Below are positions 28,479 through 36,561 of a DNA stretch of 64,000 nucleotides, in pieces; the stretch's first letter is position 1; each line of letters opens with the position of its first letter. The translations under genes were made by a program, and so were the position numbers. Source of the stretch: Dehalococcoidia bacterium. GTDB lineage: Bacteria > Chloroflexota > Dehalococcoidia > Lucifugimonadales > UBA3495. The stretch is taken from contig OZ250156.1 of assembly GCA_965237745.1 (NCBI GenBank), positions 1,953,426 through 2,017,425 on the forward strand. Direction: 5' to 3'. The notes below the pieces were generated by a model. It worked only from the letters and a program-made list of their open reading frames with translations, was not told the DNA's origin and ran no database searches.

Positions 28479-29348
28479 TGTGCCCTCCTATCTTCCTCGC
28501 CGGCCCCGCTGTTGTTCCTGAACGGCCCATTGCCGGATCTGGCGCGCGGTCAGTCGAGTTGCAGGTTTGTCCAATACTCGGTTATGGAAACATTAGTTCG
28601 GAATACCGGGCGGCGCAAGTGGCAAATGTCATCAATTTTCGGCGCTGCCAGGTCAACTCTCCGGTAGATACGCGGCTCAGCGGGTCCCATTTGCGGTGGG
28701 AGCTTCGACGCAACGCTGGAGCAGACCGGGAGGGGACTTGAACTCTTCGTTCGACTCTTTTGTTGGTCAACGGATATGGGGCGCTGGCATTTCGCCCAAC
28801 TGCACTCTTCTTTGAGAGACGGGAGTTAGATTCGAGTTACCAAAAAACTTGATATTCCCACCATTTCCCACCATTTCCAATCATTTTGCGAAATTCGTTG
28901 TACGGCTGGATTGGAGTAACTCACCTGAAACCTTTGCAGTTTGGGTACCAGGGCAATCGCATCTCAAAGCCTGGATTGACCTCTGGACCAAGGGTGGCAC
29001 TTGGGTTGTGGTTTCAGGGAATCGAGCGCTATCCGTACCTTAGCGTTTCCCGTCCGTGGAGGCTCTGGATTACCGCTTCCGCGGTAATGACGGGGAATTG
29101 TCCGGTGATTCCTCATTGACTCGAGCCTGCATCCGTTAAAACGCGATTGCTCTGGTTGGCCTACCACATGGAAGCTCGAGTAGTACATGAATCATGAATA
29201 TGGTAGGGACGTGTCATGGGGCTTGGCAAGGAGCAAGTGTCAGCAATCTTTGCAGTTGAAGGCCTTTCCGAGAGGAGTGGGTGGCCCCGAGAGCAGGGCC
29301 ACATGGGACGGGGTCGCCGGATGGGCTAAATGGGAACGCCGCCGGGAA

Positions 29349-30167
29349 TCAGGCAGGCGAAACGCTGACCCGCATCAGGTCGTGGGCGGTGCTGATGGGC
29401 CCGGTGTAGTGGTGCGCGGCGTCTTGGAGGAGAGGGTCCTGGTTCTCGTGGAAGGCGTTGTCTATGTGAGTGATGATCAGTTGCTTCACCGATGCTTGGT
29501 CCGCGACGCGGGCGGCGTCGCCTGAGGTGGAATGGAGGCGACCGGCTGCCATGGCGTGGACTTCATCGGTGGCCAGCGCCTCGTGAATCAGCAGGTCGGC
29601 GCCCTGAGCGGCTTCCGCCAAGCTCCTGCTGTACTTGGTATCGCCGGAGAATACCACCGACACGCCGCCAGACTCGATTCGCCAGCCGACCGAGCCGGGG
29701 ATATGGTCGACGTCAAAGGACCAGGCTACAGTGTTGGGCCCGAGTTCGAGCCTGTGGCCCCGGGGGACTTCCTGCCAGCGCATGACCTGCCTGCCGCCGT
29801 GGATGTGGGCGGCGCCATCGCGAATGTCGGGAACTTTGCCAGCCACCGCTGCTTTTCGCAGCCCCTCCAGCGCCGAGGAACTGCCATATATGGAGAGGGG
29901 GTTTTCGTCGCGAGTCTCATGGGAGCGGCGGCCCTGTACGAACATCAGGCCCGACAGGTGGTCCTGGTGGTCGTGGGACAGCAATACATGGTCGTATTCC
30001 AAGGCCTTGATGCCGGATATTTCGCCGTTGCGCAGGGCCGAATTGCCGGAGCTGCCGTCCAGCAGCAGCGTAGTACCGTCGGGGCAGCGTAGGGCGATGG
30101 CGGTGTGGGCACGGGTGACCGAGAGTCCGGCTCCGGTGCCCAGAAAGATTATCTCCAAGTTATTCAT
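29349..30167 (-). CDS. MBL-fold metallo-hydrolase (paralog 2)
   Basis: HDHQDH metal motif, GTGAG N-terminus, VVFSGDTKYS, ADLLIHEA. ATGA overlap with the upstream paralog. Confidence 0.8.
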   Translation of the reverse strand: MNNLEIIFLGTGAGLSVTRAHTAIALRCPDGTTLLLDGSSGNSALRNGEISGIKALEYDHVLLSHDHQDHLSGLMFVQGRRSHETRDENPLSIYGSSSALEGLRKAAVAGKVPDIRDGAAHIHGGRQVMRWQEVPRGHRLELGPNTVAWSFDVDHIPGSVGWRIESGGVSVVFSGDTKYSRSLAEAAQGADLLIHEALATDEVHAMAAGRLHSTSGDAARVADQASVKQLIITHIDNAFHENQDPLLQDAAHHYTGPISTAHDLMRVSVSPA

Positions 30168-30970
30168 CCCAGCGTAATCTGCATACAGTCGTGGGCCATG
30201 GTGATGGGGCCGGCGTAGAACTGGGCGGCCTCCACGCCGAGGGGCTCCGGGTTGGCGTGGTAGGCATCGGTGAGGTGGGTCAGGACCATGCTGGCGACCC
30301 TGGCCTCGGCGGCGGCCTGTCCCGCCTCACCGCCGGTGCAGTGGCCGGCGCTGCTGGCCAAGACGGAATCGGCAACGCAGAAGGCCTCGTGTATCAGCAG
30401 GTCAGCACCTTCCGCTGCCTTCACAACCTCTGGGCTATAGCGGGTGTCGCCGGAAAAGACCACCGACTTGCCGTCGCACTCCACACGCCAGCCCGAGGCC
30501 CCCGTGATGTGGTCGGCCTCGAAATGCCAGGCTGTGGTCCTTGGCCCCAGTTCAATCACGCGACCGTGGTCGGCGGGCTTCCAGTGCAGCAGCTCGCGGC
30601 CCTCATAGTTGCGTCCGAAGTCGCCGGAGATGTCCCGGATATTCAGGCGGGTGGTTATGGAGTGCCGCTTCAATCCCTCCAGCGTTTCGTAGGAGGCGTG
30701 CACCCTGATTGGTCCGAGGTTGGCTCCGGACAACGCGCGGTCGAACTGGATGAAGTCTATGCCGCCCATGTGGTCGGGGTGGTCGTGGGACAGCAGGACA
30801 TCGTCGAATTCGCGCAGGTTTATGCCCACCGCCGCGGCGTGGCGGAGCGCAGAGTTGCCGGAACTGGTGTCGAGCAGCAGCTTCGTGCCGTCGGGGCACT
30901 CAAGGGCCATGCCGGTATGCGCCCGCAGGGTCGAGCTACCGGCGCCCGTGCCTAGAAAGGTTATTTTCAT
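30164..30970 (-). CDS. MBL-fold metallo-hydrolase (paralog 1)
   Basis: HDHPDH, VVFSGDTRYS, ADLLIHEA. Clearly paralogous to 29349-30167. Confidence 0.8.
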   Translation of the reverse strand: MKITFLGTGAGSSTLRAHTGMALECPDGTKLLLDTSSGNSALRHAAAVGINLREFDDVLLSHDHPDHMGGIDFIQFDRALSGANLGPIRVHASYETLEGLKRHSITTRLNIRDISGDFGRNYEGRELLHWKPADHGRVIELGPRTTAWHFEADHITGASGWRVECDGKSVVFSGDTRYSPEVVKAAEGADLLIHEAFCVADSVLASSAGHCTGGEAGQAAAEARVASMVLTHLTDAYHANPEPLGVEAAQFYAGPITMAHDCMQITLG

Positions 30971-30975
30971 AATGG

Positions 30976-32043
30976 CTAGTTCTGATGCCCGTCGGGGTGG
31001 GCCTGCTCGCGGAGGAGGCTCAGGGCGCGGAGTACCGGCGCCTCGGTGAAGCTGAACAGCACGGCAGGCTCGGTGTCGGAGGCGTTGGCGTGTTCATGGT
31101 AGTTCCAGCCGGGGACGCAGAAGACGTCCTTGTCCTCCCACTCGATGGCTTGGCCGTTGACCACTGAGCGGCCTTGGCCCTGCACGACGTGGTAGATGGC
31201 CCCGGCGGTATGGCGGTGGGCCTTGGTGGCCTCGCCGGGACGCAGCATCTGTATCTGGCAGGCGATGGTGGGCATCACCGGGCCGCCGGTGTTGGGATTG
31301 GTGTATTCCATGATCACGCCATCGAAGGGACTGCCGTCCACGTCGGGGGCGAGGCGCTGCAGCGTTTCCCAGGTCTGCTGCCAAGGGTAGTGCAGCAGAG
31401 GCGAGTGGGCCGCGCCGCCGGTCTCCCACGTCGGGCGCAGAGTGCCGGCGCCGTAGCGGGTCAGCGACGAGTCGGTGGGCTCGGTGATTGGCTGGACGTC
31501 CTCGGGGTATGGCTCGTAGTAGACCGCCTCCAGCATGTGAACGAGGGGAATGTCCAAGCCGTCCAGCCAGATGATGGGGTCGCCGGTGTCGTTGGCGTGG
31601 TCGTGCCAAGTCCAGTTGGGCGTCAGCACCAAGTCGCCGGGGAACATGGGAATGCGGTCGCCATTGACGGTGGTGGAGCCGCCCTGGCTGTCAATGATGA
31701 AGCGCAGGGCCGCCGGAGTGTGCCGGTGGGCGCGAGCGGCCTCGCCGGGCATGACGATCTGGAGTCCGGCGAACATGGAGTTGGTGGTGGCCATTCGATT
31801 CAGGCCAGGGTTGAGTAGCATCAGCACCCGGCGTTCGGCGTCGGCGGTGCCGATGAGGTCGCCAGCCCGCAGCGCCTGCGGCAGCAGGTCTCGCCAGCGC
31901 CACAGGAAGGGCTGGGCCCTGCTCTTGGGCTCGGCCACCAGCGCTTCCTCCTGCACCAACCACAGGGGCGAGGTGCTGAAGCCGCGCAGGTCTTCGTAAA
32001 AGCGGTCCAGTGTCTCCGCCGTAGCTCCGGAACTGGATAGCAT
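30976..32043 (-). CDS. bicupin ring-cleavage dioxygenase (gentisate 1,2-dioxygenase family)
   Basis: Two cupin modules: PGEAARAHRHTPAALRFII...NWTWHDHAN and PGEATKAHRHTAGAIYHVV...GWNYHEHAN. Start set at MLSSSG (32043). Confidence 0.75.
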   Translation of the reverse strand: MLSSSGATAETLDRFYEDLRGFSTSPLWLVQEEALVAEPKSRAQPFLWRWRDLLPQALRAGDLIGTADAERRVLMLLNPGLNRMATTNSMFAGLQIVMPGEAARAHRHTPAALRFIIDSQGGSTTVNGDRIPMFPGDLVLTPNWTWHDHANDTGDPIIWLDGLDIPLVHMLEAVYYEPYPEDVQPITEPTDSSLTRYGAGTLRPTWETGGAAHSPLLHYPWQQTWETLQRLAPDVDGSPFDGVIMEYTNPNTGGPVMPTIACQIQMLRPGEATKAHRHTAGAIYHVVQGQGRSVVNGQAIEWEDKDVFCVPGWNYHEHANASDTEPAVLFSFTEAPVLRALSLLREQAHPDGHQN

Positions 32044-32083
32044 GGCTGCCTCCGGTGAATCTGGTTTGCCGGCTGGAGGTGGG

Positions 32084-32734
32084 TCAGGGAGTGCCGCGCT
32101 GGTCCTGCCAAGCGGCCAGACGGGACTCCAAGGCCCGCTGACGGAGGGCAATGGTCAGGTCGCCGCGGGTGCGTTCCAGCACGGCGCGCATGGCGTCGGT
32201 GGTGTGGCGCAGGCCGCCGGTCACCGCCTCGGGGAAGTCCACCGTTACGAGGACGCCGTAGATTTCGTCCATCACTTCCATGAGCTCCTCGCAGCGATCC
32301 ACGTTATCCCTGCGGAGGGAGTCGAGGATGAAGCGCCGGAGCTCGCCGATGACCTCAGCCATGCCGTTGAGGTAGGCGGATGGATCAATGCCCAGCTCGT
32401 GGGCGGCGGGAATGTCGCTGCCCGAGATCACGGCCAGGGTGATGTTGGCCTCAGTGAACTCCTTGCGGGCGTCGTTCATGAAGCCCGCGTTGTAGATCAG
32501 CGGGTTGTCGGAGCGGATGTGCTCGGAGTCCTGCAGGCGTCCCTCGGCCGACTTGATCAGCCGTCGCGCTTCGTCAAAGTCGGAACGGTGGACGGCGCGG
32601 ATGGCGTTGGCCGACGAGCGAATGACCTCCCGGGATACCGACAGCGCCTCCTCGCGGTCTTTGTTGCGGCTGGTGAGTTGGTCGATGGCGCGGTTGCCGA
32701 TGTCGGTCAGGTCGTCGCTGTACCTGGAAGGCAT
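32084..32734 (-). CDS. translin-family protein
   Basis: All-helical 216-aa protein. YLNGMAEVIGELRRFILDSLRRDNVDRCEELMEVMDEIYGVL matches the conserved translin core pattern (YL.G..D..GEL.R). Confidence 0.6.
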   Translation of the reverse strand: MPSRYSDDLTDIGNRAIDQLTSRNKDREEALSVSREVIRSSANAIRAVHRSDFDEARRLIKSAEGRLQDSEHIRSDNPLIYNAGFMNDARKEFTEANITLAVISGSDIPAAHELGIDPSAYLNGMAEVIGELRRFILDSLRRDNVDRCEELMEVMDEIYGVLVTVDFPEAVTGGLRHTTDAMRAVLERTRGDLTIALRQRALESRLAAWQDQRGTP

Positions 32735-33708
32735 CAGATTCGCCCTCCAGCCGCCTCGATGGCCGCGGTCATTGCGGCGGCGGCCGCCTCCGGCTCCTCC
32801 GCCGATGCCACGGCGGCGGTGACGCAGATGGCGTCGGCCCCCGCCTCCACCACCGGCGTTACGTTTGCGAGGTTGATGCCGCCGATGGCGACCAAGGGAG
32901 TGCTACCGGTGAAGGCCTTGGCTTCGCGCACACGGCCGGGCCCCTGGGGGTTGCGGGCGACGCCCTTGCTGGTGGTAGCGTAGATGGCACCGAAGGCCAC
33001 ATGGTCGGCGCCCATTTCTTGGGACTCCACCAGCTGCTCGAACTCACGATTGGAGCGGCCAAGGACTTGGTGCGGAGCCAGGATCTGCCGTGCTTGGGCC
33101 ACCGGCAGGTCGGTCTGTCCCACGTGGACCCCTCCCGAGCCGACCGCAGCAGCGACGTCGACATGGTCGTTGATGATCAACAACGCGCTATTGCGCTGGC
33201 ACAGGTCCTGCAGGGCCTGCGCCAAGGGCAGAGACTCGCCCTTGTCTCGCAGCTTGTCCCTCAGTTGCAGCATCCGCGCCCCGCCGTTGACGGCAGCGAC
33301 AGCGATGTCAAAGGGATCGCGTCCGCCGGTGACCTGCGGGTCGATGATAACGTAGAGTCCGCGCACCTGGTCGGCTTTCTCCCGGCGAATGGCTGCGCCA
33401 ACCTGCGCCGAAAGCTCATCAAGCGCGTGGCGGACGCGCCCGGCAATTTCCCACGGCAATGGGCTGGAGGCTTCGTTGGCTTCGAGCTGCAAAAGCAGGA
33501 GTTGAGAAGTAGCGATCAGGGCAAGGGTCTGCTCTCCGGTCTGAGGAGGCGGGTTCTCGGCCTCGTCAATGGCCAATGGGGACGGCAGCGAGGGCAGCAG
33601 GTCCGACAGTCCCCGCTGGGCCACCGTAGATGCAGCGGGCGCCGCGGCGGCCAGAGCGCCCAGGCAGTGATGAATCATTGAGTAGTTGCTGTGTCCGGTG
33701 TTGCTCAC
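32734..33708 (-). CDS. thiE: thiamine-phosphate synthase with a ~110-aa N-terminal extension
   Basis: GLYVIIDP...GARMLQLRDK...LIINDHVDVAAAVGSGGVHVGQTDLP...GADHVAFGAIYATTSK...PLVAIGGIN. GTG start overlaps the FmdB stop (GTGA). Confidence 0.8.
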   Translation of the reverse strand: MSNTGHSNYSMIHHCLGALAAAAPAASTVAQRGLSDLLPSLPSPLAIDEAENPPPQTGEQTLALIATSQLLLLQLEANEASSPLPWEIAGRVRHALDELSAQVGAAIRREKADQVRGLYVIIDPQVTGGRDPFDIAVAAVNGGARMLQLRDKLRDKGESLPLAQALQDLCQRNSALLIINDHVDVAAAVGSGGVHVGQTDLPVAQARQILAPHQVLGRSNREFEQLVESQEMGADHVAFGAIYATTSKGVARNPQGPGRVREAKAFTGSTPLVAIGGINLANVTPVVEAGADAICVTAAVASAEEPEAAAAAMTAAIEAAGGRI

Positions 33709-34046
33709 AGGTCAAGCCCCTTGGGAGTCTCGCCCTGCCGGGCGGAGTCAATGTTGTCCCGGACCGACTGGGGCATATCCACTCCGAATTTATCGAAAGC
33801 GGCTTCCACGTTGCGGCCTATGTTGCGGGGGTCTTGGTAGTACTCCGGCGAGCGGTGCTCGCTGCCGGGCGCGAACTGCTCGTGCACAGAGGACACAGTC
33901 TTGCCCATGGCGAACGAGGACATGCGCCGCGACATCTCGCCGCTGCCGCAGTGGGAGCAAATCGCCGTGACCTCGCTGCCGATGGAGCGGACGAAGAACG
34001 ACGACACCCGGCCACAGTCCTGGCACCTGTATTCGTAGATAGGCAT
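33705..34046 (-). CDS. FmdB-family zinc-ribbon protein
   Basis: MPIYEYRCQDCG...CSHCGS (CxxC...CxxC) N-terminal ribbon. Confidence 0.8.
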   Translation of the reverse strand: MPIYEYRCQDCGRVSSFFVRSIGSEVTAICSHCGSGEMSRRMSSFAMGKTVSSVHEQFAPGSEHRSPEYYQDPRNIGRNVEAAFDKFGVDMPQSVRDNIDSARQGETPKGLDL

Positions 34047-34127
34047 AACCCCTCCGAACTCTCGCCCCCGGTGGACCCTGGAAACTACCTCTTCCCCCGG
34101 GAGTGGGTTGGGGTGAAGGGCAGAGAA

Positions 34128-34442
34128 TCAGCTGTCCTTGATTTCCCGCCGCATCCGGTCGAAATCCGGTGTTGACTGGCCGCCCATTTCCCGCTTGATG
34201 CGTCCCATGTGCTGGTCGATGCTGGCAGGGCTGTTTTCGTCGACATCGCGCGACGTCTCTCCGCTGGGCACCCAGTTGAGGCTGTCGCCCCACGATGCCC
34301 GAAAGGAGAATGCCGACATGAGGCGCTCCAAGTCCGCGCCGCCGCACTCGGGACATTCCAGGGCATTGGTCGGCGACCAGCTGTAGACCAGCTTGGAACT
34401 GATCGCATTGCAGCCGCCGCAACGATACTCATAGATAGGCAT
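34128..34442 (-). CDS. FmdB-family zinc-ribbon protein (paralog)
   Basis: MPIYEYRCGGCN...CPECGG. Confidence 0.8.
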   Translation of the reverse strand: MPIYEYRCGGCNAISSKLVYSWSPTNALECPECGGADLERLMSAFSFRASWGDSLNWVPSGETSRDVDENSPASIDQHMGRIKREMGGQSTPDFDRMRREIKDS

Positions 34443-34938
34443 AACAAACGCATTTTAGCACGGAGGCCAGTGTGACGCAGGGAACGGCACATCAGTCCGC
34501 CAGCCCGAAATCGTGCGGTTCGTCGAATCCGACGATCTGATAGCATGACGCGGGGCACGGAGTTTTCCAGCGAGGTGCGGCGGCTTGGATACACAGCCCA
34601 CAGGCATAATGGAACTGATAGCCAATGCCCAGTGGCGTGAGGCAGTAACGTATCGGGAAACATGGCCCCACGAGTACGTGGTAATCCAGAGGGATGGGCA
34701 AACCAGCACCTCTTTGATAGCATCCGCTCGATTTTCAAGACATTTGTGGCACAACGAAGCCGTTTCTGATGTCAATCGCCCGGTGCCGCTGGTCACGAAC
34801 TAAGCCCGAATTTTGCATGGGGCACAGGAGAGTTGCTGGGGGGTGATTGTGAGTTACCTGTGTTGTCAACTGCATGGATGGCTCTAGGAAAAACCTCAGT
34901 CAGATTGAGGTGCGCGGTGCCCTCAGGACGAAGATCCG

Positions 34939-36090
34939 ATGCATAACCAGACCGGAAACCGCCGGAAGATTATCGCTATTGCCCTAATCTCGGCGATCGG
35001 GATCGCCATCGTCGCGCTTCTAATCGTATTGGCGTTAGGGTACTCGACCAGTCCAGATGAAGGTGGCTCCGCTTCGGAGAGCGCGAGGAAGCTGGATTCC
35101 ATATCCAACCGACTGGACACGCTGGAAGGTAGGGTGAACTCGCTGGCCACCGAGGCGGCAGTTACGAAACCGCCGCCGCCCACTTCCGCCAGACAGCCAA
35201 CGCCAACAACAAGGCCTACAAACACGCCATCTGCCAAGGCGAATGATCCCACACCCAATCCGATAGCAACGGCCACTCCGCTGCCGGCAATCATTACTAC
35301 CGGACCGGGCATCTGCAGGCGCAGCCCGAAGCTCCAAAACATACTTATCGATCAATTGAACCTTGCATCCTGCCAACTTATAACCGAGCATGAACTCTTC
35401 CGAGTCATTGAGTTGCCCGACATGCGATTCGAGAATTCGCCACAGCCTGGAGACTTCGCCGGACTGGTTAACGTCAAGGAGCTTCGCATCGAACTTCGGA
35501 ACGGCTCGGACCTCCCAGCGGACACTTTCCATGGCCTTGAGGGGCTAGAAATCCTGAGGGTGGAACTGCGTGGCACAGAGGAATACGACGGCATAATTGA
35601 GCCGGGGGCATTTCGGGGCCTGAGTAGCATCCTAACCTTGAAGCTTAGTTGGAACAAGAGAACTGACGAACGGGTCAGCATTCCGCCGTTCGACCACCTG
35701 GAAACCTTGGAAAAGCTGTACATCAGCATCCCGGAGCACCTCTTCGCCCCTACCGAAGAACATTTCCAGAACCTGCCGCAACTTAGGAACTTCTCGATGA
35801 GAATGGCAAGCAGGCAGGGCGGAGTTCCAAGATCCCTCCGCCTCACTCAGGAGATTTTCAAGAATAACGGAAAGCTCGAAGAGGTAGAGATACGTGTGGA
35901 CAGTGCCCACAATGCGGTCTATGCGGACAAGGATACATTCCTGCAGCTAGACGCACTGAAATCACTGACCGTGAGCATTTCGAGCGACATCGAACTTTCC
36001 CTCTCACCCAACTCGCCGCTCCTGAAGGACATACTAAATGGCAATCAGTCCCCACAGGGCTACACCGTCATCCCGCCGGGAGCCAACTGA
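34939..36090 (+). CDS. membrane-anchored leucine-rich-repeat (LRR) protein
   Basis: N-terminal TM (IIAIALISAIGIAIVALLIVLAL), a Pro/Thr-rich linker, then repeated LxxLxLxxN-like units (FAGLVNVKELRIELRN, FHGLEGLEILRVEL, FRGLSSILTLKLSWN, LETLEKLYISI, FQNLPQLRNFSM). Visibly AT-richer than the backbone. Confidence 0.65.
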   Translation: MHNQTGNRRKIIAIALISAIGIAIVALLIVLALGYSTSPDEGGSASESARKLDSISNRLDTLEGRVNSLATEAAVTKPPPPTSARQPTPTTRPTNTPSAKANDPTPNPIATATPLPAIITTGPGICRRSPKLQNILIDQLNLASCQLITEHELFRVIELPDMRFENSPQPGDFAGLVNVKELRIELRNGSDLPADTFHGLEGLEILRVELRGTEEYDGIIEPGAFRGLSSILTLKLSWNKRTDERVSIPPFDHLETLEKLYISIPEHLFAPTEEHFQNLPQLRNFSMRMASRQGGVPRSLRLTQEIFKNNGKLEEVEIRVDSAHNAVYADKDTFLQLDALKSLTVSISSDIELSLSPNSPLLKDILNGNQSPQGYTVIPPGAN

Positions 36091-36204
36091 ACGAGTGGAC
36101 ATGCTGTGCACAAAAAATTGAATTTGAACAATTTTGACCAAATCTCGAACAAAAATTTTGTGCAAAGCATAACTATGCCCGCTTTAGGGCCGTGCAACAG
36201 GGAC

Positions 36205-36355
36205 TAAACTAAAGCCAAGGTGAAATGTACATATCGCCAAACCGCACTGTCGGGGGCCACCCATTTGGGGCCTAAAGGTGATGTGAGGTGCCGTGGAATC
36301 CTCTCGGTCGTCTTCAAAACCCCCGAAATGCACATCCCACCTTGGTATTGGTTTA
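36205..36355. mobile_element. MITE (~150 bp) derived from the IS630 element at 10517-11758
   Basis: Left end aaactaaagccaaggtgaaa (36206-36225) equals the reverse complement of the IS630 right end (20/20). Right end atgcacatcccaccttgg (36328-36345) equals the reverse complement of the IS630 left end. TA on both flanks. No ORF. Confidence 0.75.
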
Positions 36356-36561
36356 ACTGGCGTGGCTGTTGGGGAGGTGTAAGATTCAGGCGTGGCGAGT
36401 CGCCGGACCAAGGCCGACAGGGCATTGGTGCCTAGCGCCCGGTGCAAAGCATGGTCCGGGAGCCTTACGGCTGCATCATTGGTGACGCCTCCAGCGGGAC
36501 GTTCCCGTTCGATAGATTGTGCGCTTTCAGTGGCTCCCTCCGGCGGCGCGCCTATGCAGCA

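Noticed and set aside
28725-28800. tRNA-like T-arm string (ggggacttgaactc) on the minus strand
   Set aside because: The flanking sequence cannot form T-stem, acceptor-stem or anticodon-arm pairings, so there is no cloverleaf.
28858-28887. Possible CRISPR or other repeat array
   Set aside because: Only 2-3 directly adjacent 10-nt units without spacers. The same applies to the 18-bp duplication at 5960-5995. No cas genes in the window.
34585-34803. 72-aa plus-strand ORF (MELIANAQWREAVTYRETWPHEYVVIQRDGQ...)
   Set aside because: The first ~30 residues look vaguely like a conserved 'PHEY' domain that I cannot name. The ORF is too short, the remainder is poor, and a minus-strand ORF overlaps it. 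It may be a gene remnant in the divergent promoter region, but this is not supportable as a feature.
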